NCBI GenBank assembly: GCA_965224195.1
Contig: OZ245040.1
Span: 608,001-672,000, forward strand
Reading direction: 5' to 3'
DNA: 64,000 bases
Origin: Nitrosopumilus sp.
GTDB taxonomy: Archaea; Thermoproteota; Nitrososphaeria; Nitrososphaerales; Nitrosopumilaceae
Of the stretch, positions 1 to 11,382 are shown in pieces. Numbering within the stretch: the stretch's first letter is position 1; each line of letters opens with the position of its first letter. The position numbers and the translations under genes are program-made. The notes below the pieces were generated by a model. The model made no database searches, was not told the origin of the DNA, and was given only the letters and a program-made list of their open reading frames with translations.

Positions 1-1
1 T

Positions 2-898
2 GACTTTTGTGATGTAAACAAAAGATCAAAGAAAGATCTTCCATTGGAAAGATTACAACATGAAGCTAAAACTAACTTAGATTATGGATTTGATTCTATT
101 TGGTTGCATTCTGATGAAATGTTACTTTATGGATGTGATAATAGAGACTTTGTTCCAAACAGAGATGCCATTGTTGATTTGTGGAAAGGGCTCAAAGGAT
201 TAGGAGCAAATTTTATCGGAACCACACATATGACATTTTCAGCAGTTGCAGCAGATCCCACATTGATGCAACAAATTTCCCATATCAACGAACAAGATAA
301 AACAGGTAGATGGCTCGCAACCAATCTGGGAATAGAAACAGTATCACCTGGAATGGTAAAGAAGCATCTTGGAGTGAAAACAAAACCATTTGCTCCTGAA
401 GAATGGGGAAGTGTTGTAAGAGAAGGGGCAAAAATTCTAAATGATAATCACTGGTTCCCAGCTGCCACAATCATAATTGGCTGGCCTGATGAAACCCCAG
501 ATGATGTTCAATACACCATAGATATGATGAGTGACTTTAGAGAAATGGATTTCAGAGGATTGGTAGCACCATTACTTTACCAAGACTTTAGTGAAAAGAA
601 TTCAATGCACTTTGGAAATTTGAATGAAGCCCAATTCACATTATTTTGGAAATGCTGGGAGAATAATTTACGAGTCATTAATGATATTATACCCATTATT
701 CTTAGAAACAAAACATACGGTCCGCCAATGAAGGTATTCATGTATGGAATTCTCAAAGCAGGTACTTGGGCAATTATGAGATATTTACGAGGATTGTGTA
801 AAGATCTTTTCAATGGACGAACTCCAGATCAAATTATTGACAAATATGCAAGAAGTAGATCTGTAACTGCTCCTAAATTTCAAATAAAGAAATTATAG
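2..898 (+). CDS. Radical SAM protein (probably B12-binding type), 5'-partial
   Basis: Frame is open from the window start and reads DFCDVNKRSKKDLPLE, the end of a CxxxCxxC motif; contains GIETVS and IIIGWPDET radical-SAM barrel motifs. Confidence 0.8.
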   Translation, partial: DFCDVNKRSKKDLPLERLQHEAKTNLDYGFDSIWLHSDEMLLYGCDNRDFVPNRDAIVDLWKGLKGLGANFIGTTHMTFSAVAADPTLMQQISHINEQDKTGRWLATNLGIETVSPGMVKKHLGVKTKPFAPEEWGSVVREGAKILNDNHWFPAATIIIGWPDETPDDVQYTIDMMSDFREMDFRGLVAPLLYQDFSEKNSMHFGNLNEAQFTLFWKCWENNLRVINDIIPIILRNKTYGPPMKVFMYGILKAGTWAIMRYLRGLCKDLFNGRTPDQIIDKYARSRSVTAPKFQIKKL

Positions 899-1216
899 AT
901 TTTCAATAGCAATATCGGCTATAGTGTTTCTTATTGGAGTTATAGAAATAAAGTAAACTTTGTCTGCTCTCTCTACGGCTTCAACTTTTTTAAATGATTT
1001 TGATGCAACATCAAATTCATAAATTCCAGGTTCAAGTGAACCTTTTGCATAAAGCATGAGATATGTTTCTCCAGTTGCAGGACTTAATGGAATAAAAGAC
1101 AACACATGTCCTTTGTAAGAATTAATGGGTAAGGTATTTTTCATTGGGGGGGCAGCTGATGCCATATACATTAGAAAATCTTCAATGGATTCAAATTCTT
1201 CGTATTCAATATGCAT
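893..1216 (-). CDS. Hypothetical protein
   Basis: 107-aa ORF with ATG start and host-like composition, convergent with the previous gene. Confidence 0.7.
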   Translation of the reverse strand: MHIEYEEFESIEDFLMYMASAAPPMKNTLPINSYKGHVLSFIPLSPATGETYLMLYAKGSLEPGIYEFDVASKSFKKVEAVERADKVYFISITPIRNTIADIAIENL

Positions 1217-1262
1217 AAAATACTAAATGAGGTTTAAGTATAATAACCTAGAGTGAATGTGA

Positions 1263-2264
1263 TTATTTTCTAGATTTGATAATTTGGTTAACTTTGAATC
1301 CAATCAATGCTGGTGCTGCAATATACATTCCCAAGTTCAAAGCAATTACAGAGATTCCCAATCCTAATACTTCAACTTCTGAACCTTCATCAGCCAATGA
1401 CATTATAGATAACGTAGATAGCATTGGAGTAATCACAGTCTTTACAACTTCTTTAAACATTGGGCTTTCTCTTTCCCAATCTGCTACTGTTGGTGCAAAT
1501 GAATAATATAATGTGTTAAAGCTTCCCATGAATGCAGTACCAGAACTTGTACTGAATAGGGTGTTATCTCTAATTTCTCTAAGTAGTTGTACTTGTGGTG
1601 CTAGTTCAGTTCCATAAGCAGCTGTTGCAATAAGACAACCACCATCTTCCACACAAACACCTCCCTTCATTGTGTATCCATCAGGACATTGTGGTTGTGA
1701 AACAACACAAATACCATTTGCGTTAGGTTCAGTTCCTACACCACATTGTACTGGCTCTGGTGTGGTTGGTTCTGGCACAGATGGTTCAGTAACAACTGGT
1801 GGTTCTGGTTCAGTAACAACTGGTGGTTCTGGTTCAGTAACAACTGGTGGTTCTGGTTGACCGCTAATTACTTGTTCTCCACCAACATAATTTACTGAAA
1901 CTTCAGATTTATCAGCGCCATATTGTAATTTTACAATATAATCACCACTTAATTTCCATAATGGACCACCAGCAACAATGCTCTTTGCAAAAGAACCATC
2001 AGAATTTGGAATTAATTGTCCAATTTGAACAATGGTGTTATCAGGGGATACGATAAGAAAAGTTAATCCTTTTCCAGATGAAGAATCATAGTCTGGAAGG
2101 GTTCCATAAATTGATACAGATGCACCGTTAGAAGCAATTTCTATATCAGTAGACACAGGTAATGCAGGATTAGGATCACTAGTTGCAAATGCAGCATCAC
2201 TGATACCATAAGATAGAATTGAAATAGATAATAATGCAAATGCTAAGAATCCAGTAAGCTTCAT
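1263..2264 (-). CDS. Secreted surface protein with Pro-rich linker and CFI-box-CTERM domain
   Basis: Signal peptide, CGVGTEPNANGIC Cys motifs, GGCLIATAAYGTELAPQVQLLREIRD and a C-terminal TM helix. Confidence 0.85.
   Translation of the reverse strand: MKLTGFLAFALLSISILSYGISDAAFATSDPNPALPVSTDIEIASNGASVSIYGTLPDYDSSSGKGLTFLIVSPDNTIVQIGQLIPNSDGSFAKSIVAGGPLWKLSGDYIVKLQYGADKSEVSVNYVGGEQVISGQPEPPVVTEPEPPVVTEPEPPVVTEPSVPEPTTPEPVQCGVGTEPNANGICVVSQPQCPDGYTMKGGVCVEDGGCLIATAAYGTELAPQVQLLREIRDNTLFSTSSGTAFMGSFNTLYYSFAPTVADWERESPMFKEVVKTVITPMLSTLSIMSLADEGSEVEVLGLGISVIALNLGMYIAAPALIGFKVNQIIKSRK
1783..1858 (-). repeat. 24-bp tandem repeat x3 encoding (EPPVVTEP)n linker
   Basis: ggttcagtaacaactggtggttct repeated three times. 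Confidence 0.9.
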
Positions 2265-2325
2265 TTTCAATTTGATTCATTGGTTTGAGGTATTTATGTT
2301 TTCAATGAAAGAAAAATTGACCAGA

Positions 2326-5300
2326 TTATATTCTTATGATGCCTTTTTTGACCAAGTATTGAATTGATTTTACAAAGTCTTCATCAGAAATTTGATCGTT
2401 ACTCCACCATTTTGCATTGTTTTTGATCCAATTTGGAATTTCTTGTTCAGAAATTGAAATAGAGGTACCAGATGGAATAGTAATGAGTCCTTGCTCTATA
2501 AAATATTCAAGTCCATTTATAAATTCAGTATCAGAAACAGTATCAGAAGACCACCACTTGGCATTGTTTTTGATCCAATCTGGGATAACAGGATTTGAGA
2601 CTACAAAAGAAACAGTTTTTACAAATGAATTATTATGGAATAAATCAATTTTGTAAACACCAGATAATGTCTTTTCATCAATTGTAATTATAGAACGATA
2701 ATTTCCAACATTAGATAAAATTGAAGCAAAACTTTGAGTTTGACCATCCGGAGTTGTAATGATCACATTTAATGGAATTCCCCTTCTAGGATTATCAACA
2801 TTTCCTGAAAGAATAATTTCTTCAACATTTCCTGAAAGAGGTTTCACTACGTTATATGCACTTAGTCCTGCTAAAGTGTAGAATGAAGTAGAACCACTTT
2901 GCAATAAATTGAAAACGTTTGCATTACCAAAATTATCTCTAGAATCATAATATTTTGCATCAAGACTACCACCGGCTGAAGATATTAGTTCAGTTTCAGA
3001 CTTGATACATATTTTTGAAGGCATTTTAAACACACCTTCAAAGATTCCCGTACTAGGTCCAGTTTCCACCAGAGAAAAGCCAGTATCAGATAAACCACCA
3101 TAGACTACACCATCCACAGTACAACGTTTGAAACGAATATCTTTGATTAAAACTTCTAGTAAAGTAATTCCATCTTTTCCAACAGTATCAACATTTGGTG
3201 AATTAGAATCATTGATTGTAAAGTAAATATCAATTATCAACTAATCCCAAAACTAACCGTTTAGGCAAATTTTGATGATCATCGGGATCTGTCTGCATTA
3301 ACACCAACACTCATTTTCATGAAATTCACAGAAATGACAGATTCGCAATGGAACACAACAAGGCCACATCTGCCAAGACCGGCAAGTACTGGCAGGCAAA
3401 GTGCAGACGACAGGACCACAATTGATGCAATAATGTTTGTACTGATTGCGGGCTGCAGATGGGCTGACCTGCCTTCAAGGTATGGCTCCAAATCATCTGC
3501 ACACAGGAGATTCCAAAATCTGCAGCAGAAAGGAATTTGAAAAAAGATTCTCAGATGTGCAGTAAAATCAGCATGCAGGCAAAGCAAGATTAACATGCAG
3601 AAAATATCAGCTGACTCATCAACAATCCACAATAAAAAAAGGGGGGCAACGTAACTGGATATGACGGATTCAAGAAGATTCTAGGCACAAAGATACATGT
3701 TGCAGCAGAGCAAAACGGATTGCCAATATCAATTGTAATGAGTACTGCAAATATTCATGACAGTACAAAATTCATTGATGTCATGCAAAACATTTCAGAG
3801 TTTTTGGATGATGATGATGATGAGATGGCAGAAGGGACTGTTTCAGTCCATGCAGAGAAGGGCCATGATGCAAGATGCATCAGAGACTATCTGAGATGCA
3901 ACGGAATGGGGTGGCTGGCTGCATTCCATACAGGAATAATTCCAAGCTTGTTGTGCCAAAAAACATGCAAAGCAATTACAGCAGGACCATGTTTGTAGTG
4001 GAGAGATTCTTTGCATGGCTCAAGTGTGGATTTAGAAAAAGTAATAAGATATGAAAGGAACTGCGAGAACCATCTTGGACTTGCTTACCTGGCATCAATT
4101 ATGATGTACTGGATAGTATTGGGATGAGTTGTAAATCATTTTTTAAATTAAGATCAGGATCATTTAATATCAAAGTAACAGGTTGTCCAAATCGATAGGA
4201 TTTTGAATCAGAGGAAATTACTCCAGCACTTGTATTAATATCAGATTGCGAAGTAGTTGTAAAAATACCAGTAGCATCAAGATCAGAATAAGATATGTAA
4301 ATCCCTTCATCATCAACCAATCTGTCAGTAACAATGAATTTTATTTGATCATCTATTGTTTGAATGGTTTTGATAAACTCAGGATCTAAAATATTCAATT
4401 GATTTGCTACAGAATACTCCATAGTTCCATCAAAGGTAGAAGAATTATTAGATGTCTCTTCTAATTCAAAACAATAAATTGAATTGTTCACATCATTTGA
4501 ATTTTCAAACCCAAATGAAAAGAAATCAAATACAATTGGTTGATCATTTACTTCATTAGAAATTGTTAACACATCTCCAGTTGCCGTAGAATCAAAATCA
4601 ATTACAAGAAATACGGTTCCACTTTGATCAGAAATCAATGCTATATCTTCATCATCAATTTGGATAAATCCATGAGATGTTGAAATATCACCAGCATCAA
4701 CAATAGTTATGTGGGGTAAAGATTCTAAAATTCCGAAAGAAAGAGTGACCGAAGTATCACTAAAGTCAGAAATTCCATAATCATTTTCAAAGGATCTTAA
4801 ATCATAATTAATCCAATTAGTTCCATCAGTGTTTGATTCAGAAACATCAAGTAAAGCAGATGATAAAGTAGATGCAGGAATTCCCAAATTTATTGAAATC
4901 ATTTCATATGAGCTGACCATATTAGACGGATCTATTATGAGCCTGTCAGAATTAGAATCAGGTACAGATGAATTTGAATCATCACCTCCTGTTAGAATAG
5001 GAGATAAAGAGTGAAATTTGACATCTTGTGCATTCTCCAAAGTTATTGGATTTCCAATAGTCAAAGATGGGATTATTGCAGCTGCCCTAAAAACATCTAG
5101 ATCATCGTCTGATCCAGAATTGATATTTTGATCAAGATCAGTTAGAACTACAGGGAATTCAGTACCAGGTTTTAAGGATTGAAAACCAGTTCCAATAGTC
5201 AGTGTAGGATTTTCCAAAGAGACTGAAGCTGATGATGAACCTGTAAGAATTGAAATTGAATTTTTGTTATATGTAATAGAATCGGCTTGTCCCCTTGGAG

Positions 5301-6400
5301 CATCATCTAAAATTCCAATAGTTGATTGATTGCTATTATCTCCAGTATCAAAAATTCCTGAATTAGAACCATCTTCAACTAATGTGATAATTTCAGAATA
5401 TGTTGTAGTTCTATCAGTTACACTGGTAGAAGGTTGTTCATCATTAGATTGTAATTCGATTACAGAATTTAGATTTACAGATATTTTTCCATTATCTTCA
5501 AAACCAATGTTTGAAAGATTAGACATCAAATCAACTAACCCAATTCCCCCGTTTGCAGAACTTTGGCCATTTTCATCATATGCTTGATAGAAAGTTGATG
5601 GTGTAGTTCCAACATTAAAAGTCCAAGAATCTTCATCAGTAGGATCTTGATTTAATTGAAAATCATTTATCGTTAAGAAAACTTCAGCATTCTTTGGATA
5701 AAGAGATCTATCAATATTCATAGAAATGTTTTGGCTTTCATCATATTCTAATGAAACAATCTGTGGTGAACCAGCAGGATTGTATTGGATAGTAACATCA
5801 TTAAATGAATAAAGTTGAATTAAAGGCCATGCATTTACATCCAATCCAATTTGTCCTGATGGAACATTAGGATTAGTATTGATAGATTTAGCATTTCGAA
5901 CTATATTATTCAAATTTGTTCCAAATGGGGATGCAGTACATGAAGAAAAAGAAGCATCACCATTAGTAGAACCAGCTGCGCTTCTAGGAATAGCAAATCC
6001 ATCAGTTTCAGAAAGAGATATTCCAATTACTGAGGCCGAAGAATCCCTGCTACAAAAAAACTCCGAAATCTAATCCTTCTCCTGCAAGTCCTACAGTGGC
6101 ATCTGCTTGTTGAGCCTTGTCTATGTTTGCAAAATATGCATACCAACTACCATCAGTTGTCTGGGTCATTCGCAACGATTTTACATTAATAGTTACATCA
6201 GGTTCGCCTTTGTTCTCATCTGTATCAGACAAATTTGGATCAATTACTACAACTTCTACTACCATCGAACCAGAAAAGAAATTATTGTATTGGGAATTTT
6301 CTGCAGAAACAAATAGATTAGAATTACTTGATGCGTCTGCATCAATGTGAGGAATAATCAGTAAAATTAAGAAAGTTGCCACTAAAGCAAAATATTTCAT
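2326..6400 (-). pseudogene. Large secreted thaumarchaeal surface protein ('peptidase'-annotated family), broken by a frameshift and an IS insertion
   Basis: Three collinear pieces (6050-6400, 4132-6049, 2326-3236). Frameshift at an A7 run (6054-6060, GVF|CSRD). Removing the IS restores NLKNDL-IDIYFT. C-terminal IPDWIKNNAKWWS repeats. Confidence 0.85.
3237..4131 (+). mobile_element. IS5-family (IS427-like) insertion sequence with inactivated transposase
   Basis: Terminal inverted repeats caactaatcccaaaacta / tagtattgggatgagttg (16/18); flanking TA duplication; orfA GCRWADLP...HRRFQ; A-run/G-run frameshift site at 3634-3646; premature TGA at 3538 where the 51-kb copy has TGG. Confidence 0.9.
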
Positions 6401-6502
6401 CTCCAACACATTCCTAAAACCCAATTTCATCACAAATAACGTTGTCGTAGGAATGCTTCTTAGAAAACGGTAATACGTGATCATATTGTCAAAAAGAAGG
6501 AA

Positions 6503-7855
6503 ATGTTTGTTCAAAGAACCAAAGTTTTACAGATTTCACTTTTAGCCATATTTTCAGCATTTCTAGTTGAATTAGTTTTTGGATTAATCTCTAACAGTCT
6601 GGCATTGATTACTGACAGTATTCATGCATTGTTAGATAGTGTAGTGACTTTGGTTTTACTTTTAGCTGCTAGATGGGCAATAAAACCTCCAGATGCTGAA
6701 CATACGTATGGTCATGGAAAAATTGAATCACTTGGAGGTTTAATTGGAGGCATAGCAATTTTTCTAATTGCATGTTTTTTCATTTACGAATCAATCAATA
6801 GATTACAAAGTCCACCTCCAAGTGTTTTACCAGGATTATTTGCAATAATTGGTGGGTTATACACAATTGGAATTGACTTTTTTAGAATTATTCTCTTAAG
6901 AAGATCTATAAAAAAAATTGGGGGTGCCACTTTGAAAGCAGATTTTTATCATGCATTCATGGATCTAGGTTCTACTGTAGTTGCAATTGTAGGAATTGTT
7001 TTAGTTTCATATGGATTGTATTTTGGAGATTTTGTTGCAGCATTAATACTAGGAATTTTGCTGGCAGCACTGAGTGTAAAATTAATTTATAAAACAGCAT
7101 TAGACTTGACTGATGTAATATCTCCAGAACTTGTAAAAAATGTCAGAGAAATTTCAATGTCAACAGAGGGGGTTGTTGATACAGGGTCAATTCTTATGAG
7201 AAGATCAGGAGATACAATTTTTGCGGATGTCACAGTCTCCCTTAGGGGAAATACTAGTTTTGATAAAGCTCATGAAATTAGTGATAGTGTTGAAAGAAAC
7301 ATAAAAAATAAAATCCCAAATGCATCAACTACAATTCATTTTGAACCAAATTGGAAAGATGTTCCACTAGATGCAAAAATTCTAGACATTGCACAAAATG
7401 TAGATGGCGTTAAAGGAGTTCACAATGTTACCACACATAAGACAAAGGGCAAGATATATTCTAATTTGCACGTAATGGTAGAACGAGAAATTAATTTATC
7501 CTCAGCTCATAGAATTTCAGAAATAATTGAACAAAAAATTCAAGAACAGATTCCGGAGATCAAACATGCTACCATTCATCTAGAACCATTTGTGACTGTT
7601 CCAGAAAATATCAATATTGAAGATGTAGAAACTGAAGAAAAAATTAAAACCATATTGGAAAAATATCCAGACATTAAGAAAATAGGTAGAATTGTATCTT
7701 TAAAATTTGAAAATATTCTCAAAATAGATATTGACTGTTCATTTAACAAAGATTTGTCAATTGAAAAAGTTCATGATTTAACATCAGAAGTCGAACATCT
7801 AATTAGAACAGAAATTAAAAATTCTGTGATTACTATTCATCCAGAACCAAATTAG
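6503..7855 (+). CDS. Cation diffusion facilitator (CDF) transporter with repeated C-terminal dimerisation domains
   Basis: DSIHALLD, PPDAEHTYGHGKIE and ADFYHAFMD motifs; three (T/V)IHxEP domain ends. Confidence 0.9.
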   Translation: MFVQRTKVLQISLLAIFSAFLVELVFGLISNSLALITDSIHALLDSVVTLVLLLAARWAIKPPDAEHTYGHGKIESLGGLIGGIAIFLIACFFIYESINRLQSPPPSVLPGLFAIIGGLYTIGIDFFRIILLRRSIKKIGGATLKADFYHAFMDLGSTVVAIVGIVLVSYGLYFGDFVAALILGILLAALSVKLIYKTALDLTDVISPELVKNVREISMSTEGVVDTGSILMRRSGDTIFADVTVSLRGNTSFDKAHEISDSVERNIKNKIPNASTTIHFEPNWKDVPLDAKILDIAQNVDGVKGVHNVTTHKTKGKIYSNLHVMVEREINLSSAHRISEIIEQKIQEQIPEIKHATIHLEPFVTVPENINIEDVETEEKIKTILEKYPDIKKIGRIVSLKFENILKIDIDCSFNKDLSIEKVHDLTSEVEHLIRTEIKNSVITIHPEPN

Positions 7856-9030
7856 ACCAAGATACTAGTCAGATACATTACCAACATTCCCACAGCGAAT
7901 CCTGAAACGACGGCCATTGTAGATAGTTTTTGGTCATTTTCATCATAAATCCATTTTAGAATAACTACTATTATCTGAAAAATAGCACCAGCCCCAATTC
8001 CAAAAAAGATTACAGATGTAAATGGTGAATAAGCAAATCCGCCAATCCAGGCCCCAAAAATAGCAGGACTTCCCGCAATCATCCCCATAGCAGCCAATTT
8101 ACCAAGCATTAATTTTCCTCTAGACATTGGGGCAGCAATAGCTAAACCTTCAGTTGTATTATGTAACGCAAATCCAATTATCAGAAAAGTACTAAATGCT
8201 ATTGAGCCCATTCCCACTGCTGCACCAATAGCAAGTCCTTCACCAAAATTATGTAATCCAATTCCAATAGAAATCATCAATGCAATTGCTACAGGCTTTG
8301 TAAATTTTGAAGAATTAGCCTTACTGATAAGTTTGTTTCCAATATAATACAATCCAAGAAAAGACAATACTGTCACTGTAGATACTAATAATGTTCCATT
8401 GAAACTAGACGCCAAATTTAAAACAGATATCTCAACAGCTTCTTCTATAGAATCAATTGCCAAGAAAAGCAGTAGACCTGCAGTTAATGCAAGAAAGAAA
8501 TGATATTTTTGCTTACTAATTTTTTTAATAAAAGGAAGCCAAAGTAAACCAATCATCACAGGTATTATTCCAACATACGTTCCAATTATTACAAAAAATA
8601 TTGCAAGATCTAGCGATAATTCTAATGCGGGAGCAGCTGCTTCAACTTCTTTTTCAAATCGTGTTCCATCTTCAATAGTAATTCCTATAGTGTATGGTTC
8701 TGCTTCATTCCACTCAAATGGGATTCTAACTAAAGTAGTTTCAAATCTTTCAAGAAATCTATCAGGTTCAACTGCAGCAGGTTGAATTCGATCATTTACA
8801 TCAGCCATTACCACTTCAACTGGAATAGGTCCTGTGTTTCTAACAGTTGCTTGAATTTCAGAATCAAGAAAATCTATTTTTTCTATAGTGACTTCAGGAA
8901 GAAGAACTCCAAAATCTAACAAGTCGGCACCTGGACCAAAAATATATGCCATCATCAGAATAATAAAAATAAATGGAATAACTCCACTTGCAATTATCTT
9001 TCCTTTTGATGCGTTATCACTTAGTTCCAT
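7852..9030 (-). CDS. ZIP-family divalent metal transporter
   Basis: GIGLHNFGEGLAIG and FALHNTTEGLA motifs; multiple TM helices. Confidence 0.9.
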   Translation of the reverse strand: MELSDNASKGKIIASGVIPFIFIILMMAYIFGPGADLLDFGVLLPEVTIEKIDFLDSEIQATVRNTGPIPVEVVMADVNDRIQPAAVEPDRFLERFETTLVRIPFEWNEAEPYTIGITIEDGTRFEKEVEAAAPALELSLDLAIFFVIIGTYVGIIPVMIGLLWLPFIKKISKQKYHFFLALTAGLLLFLAIDSIEEAVEISVLNLASSFNGTLLVSTVTVLSFLGLYYIGNKLISKANSSKFTKPVAIALMISIGIGLHNFGEGLAIGAAVGMGSIAFSTFLIIGFALHNTTEGLAIAAPMSRGKLMLGKLAAMGMIAGSPAIFGAWIGGFAYSPFTSVIFFGIGAGAIFQIIVVILKWIYDENDQKLSTMAVVSGFAVGMLVMYLTSILV

Positions 9031-10069
9031 AATCTATCTCCTGAGCACTTTTTTTAGCAGAATCACTTACAAGGAAAATTCCCACCCAGCCTTTTTCTGA
9101 AAATTCAACTTTATGAGCATGAAAGAGATATTTCCCTGGAAAATCATATTGAAATTCCATTATTCCACGCTCAGTTTGAGACAAAGTTATCATATCAGTG
9201 TAAAATGAGGGTACAAGATCAGTTCCCGTAGGATAATACTTGTACAAATTTCCATGAAGATGGAGATTGTTGATTGGATCAAATTCCACCATATTAACAA
9301 CATAAACTCGAATCAATTCATCAGTGTTAATCTGGATTGGGTGATGCTGATAATAAAACGGAATGGTGTTGGCAGCATAAAAATTATTTTCAGTATCAAA
9401 ATCAGTATCTAATCCATTTAACACCATAACCATTTCATCAGCTGCTGGACGTTTTTCTTTTGGATCAACTATGAATACACCATAAAGACCATGAACAATA
9501 TGTTCCTCAAGTGGCATAACATGACAATGATATGGATGTACACCTACAGGTCCGGCTTCAAATTCATATACAAATTGTCCACCATTACCTCCAACTGGTT
9601 CAAAGACACCATCCATTCCAGCAGGGTGAATTCCATGAAAATGCATTGTATGTTCTTTAGAGCCATTATTTATGAAATGAATACGAAGTAAATCACCTTC
9701 TGTTGCTCTAATTGTCGGACCTGGAACGGTTCCATTAAAAGTCCATACGTTGTAAAATACCCCAGGAGATACCTCCATAATTTTATCATCTTCAGCAATA
9801 ATCGTAAATTCTCTTAGAACAGTACCGTCAGATAATTGTGAAATATTACCATAATTGAAATCTCTCAAATACTCCATTGGATCAAATTCCACAGTAGAAA
9901 CAGCATACAGTGGATCAATGATTTCACCAGATGTTTGAACCACTGCCCCTGAATGAGTTACAAATGTTTTAGGTTCAGATTGTGCATCAGAAAAAGTTGG
10001 AAAAATGGCAATTATAGAAAACCCAACAACTAACGAAATCAATAAAATCATTACAGTCGAACGACTCAT
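9017..10069 (-). CDS. Two-domain multicopper oxidase
   Basis: N-terminal signal/anchor; HTMHFHG, YHCHVMPLEEHIVHGLYG, LHLHG and LFHAH copper motifs; overlaps the ZIP gene as an operon. Confidence 0.9.
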   Translation of the reverse strand: MSRSTVMILLISLVVGFSIIAIFPTFSDAQSEPKTFVTHSGAVVQTSGEIIDPLYAVSTVEFDPMEYLRDFNYGNISQLSDGTVLREFTIIAEDDKIMEVSPGVFYNVWTFNGTVPGPTIRATEGDLLRIHFINNGSKEHTMHFHGIHPAGMDGVFEPVGGNGGQFVYEFEAGPVGVHPYHCHVMPLEEHIVHGLYGVFIVDPKEKRPAADEMVMVLNGLDTDFDTENNFYAANTIPFYYQHHPIQINTDELIRVYVVNMVEFDPINNLHLHGNLYKYYPTGTDLVPSFYTDMITLSQTERGIMEFQYDFPGKYLFHAHKVEFSEKGWVGIFLVSDSAKKSAQEIDYGTK

Positions 10070-10105
10070 TCTCAAGACAAGTAAAAAATTCAAAATTCTT
10101 TATTT

Positions 10106-10206
10106 AAAGTTACCCTAAGCTAACTTTTTTAGCCTAATCTAACTTTGTTGTATTAGGCTAAATATTCATGAAAAATTAAGTTTAAACTAAAGATAATCAG
10201 CCTAAA
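10106..10206. promoter_or_regulatory. Cluster of DtxR/MntR-like operator boxes in a divergent promoter
   Basis: Imperfect palindrome aaagttaccctaagctaacttt plus tttagcctaatctaacttt and ttaggctaaa, upstream of the MCO-ZIP operon. Confidence 0.5.
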
Positions 10207-10209
10207 TCT

Positions 10210-10716
10210 GTGCAAAAATCAGGATTAATTATTGTAATTTTCGGATTGTTGATTGTAACAGGACTAGTAGTGTCAATTGTAGAAAATCAAACAACACTAG
10301 AAGGGATCAATCAAGGGAATGGAAAAGTTAGTTCAATTGAAACAGTTACAGTTTCAGTTGATCTTGATAAAGAAATTACACCTGTAGGGATTTTTGCAGT
10401 TCAAATAATGGAATTCAAAGAAAATACAATTTCCGCAATAATTTTAGACCCATCAAATATAGAAATTATTTCTCAAAAAGTAAATGAAGAAACACTTGAA
10501 AAAGAATTTGATGTGTTTGAAACTGGAACTTATCAATTAATTATTCAAAGTTCTGATGAAGATGAAATTTATGTAGCAGGTGCAATTGGTTCACTACCAG
10601 ATACAGATAAAAAATTCATCCTATCTATAATTTCATTAAGTATTCTTATCATAGGAATGATAGGATTGGCCACTATAGGAATAATTGGAATAAAGAACAG
10701 GAAAAAATCAGTTTAG
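10210..10716 (+). CDS. Membrane protein with N- and C-terminal TM helices
   Basis: 168-aa ORF with hydrophobic termini. Confidence 0.7.
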   Translation: MQKSGLIIVIFGLLIVTGLVVSIVENQTTLEGINQGNGKVSSIETVTVSVDLDKEITPVGIFAVQIMEFKENTISAIILDPSNIEIISQKVNEETLEKEFDVFETGTYQLIIQSSDEDEIYVAGAIGSLPDTDKKFILSIISLSILIIGMIGLATIGIIGIKNRKKSV

Positions 10717-11019
10717 GTAGCTATCCATTTTTTCTAAGCCACTAATTGTTGCATCAAAGTTATCACCATCTTCAATAATACTGGTGAGTTTTTCAGAATT
10801 TGCAGTTAGTGTACATTTTCCACCATCAGGATTTTTTGAAATAAATCCATGTTCAATCAAATATGAAAGCCTTTCAAGAACTTCAAATTCAGAAACAAAT
10901 GATTGTTCAGCCAAAAAAGAACATTCTTTTTTACCATCCTCAAGTTCTGCTAAAATTAATGAAGTAATTGGATCAAACATACATTCAACGATTTTTTCTC
11001 GATCAAATGTATCACTCAT
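10708..11019 (-). CDS. Small winged-helix-like protein
   Basis: ATG at 11019; ILAELEDG...VLERLSYLIEHGFI pattern. Confidence 0.6.
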   Translation of the reverse strand: MSDTFDREKIVECMFDPITSLILAELEDGKKECSFLAEQSFVSEFEVLERLSYLIEHGFISKNPDGGKCTLTANSEKLTSIIEDGDNFDATISGLEKMDSYLN

Positions 11020-11103
11020 AATAAAATATAAAATTTTCAAAGTAATAACTTTTTGAATTGGTCCTTCCAATAAGATAATTAAGAAATAGGATCCCACAAA
11101 ATC

Positions 11104-11256
11104 ATGCAAAAACTCTGTAGCAAGGATCCATCAGGGAAGGGAACACACTGTTTTTGTGTAGATATTGACGCTCAAAGGGGAGTCAAAAAATGTTGTAAAT
11201 GCAACCTTTGGAATGTCCAAGGCAACAATTGGACCAGTGATGAGAATTTTCGATAA
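11104..11256 (+). CDS. 50-aa Cys-rich microprotein (not in ORF track)
   Basis: MQKLCSKDPSGKGTHCFCVDIDAQRGVKKCCKCNLWNVQGNNWTSDENFR. Confidence 0.6.
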   Translation: MQKLCSKDPSGKGTHCFCVDIDAQRGVKKCCKCNLWNVQGNNWTSDENFR

Positions 11257-11382
11257 TTAAATTCAACAAAAAACATCAAGATTAGGCATGATCTCAAAAT
11301 CTCAATTTGACTACATTTCAAAAATTAGATAATTTGATGCCTAGCATGGTTTTTATCGGGGATTCTGTGAATTTTTGAATAC

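Noticed and set aside
3279-3632. Antisense ORF in both IS427-like copies (also 51306-51659)
   Set aside because: Its conservation merely reflects near-identity of the IS copies.
9017-10069. nirK assignment
   Set aside because: The motifs and ZIP linkage fit a two-domain multicopper oxidase; nitrite reductase cannot be supported from the sequence alone.
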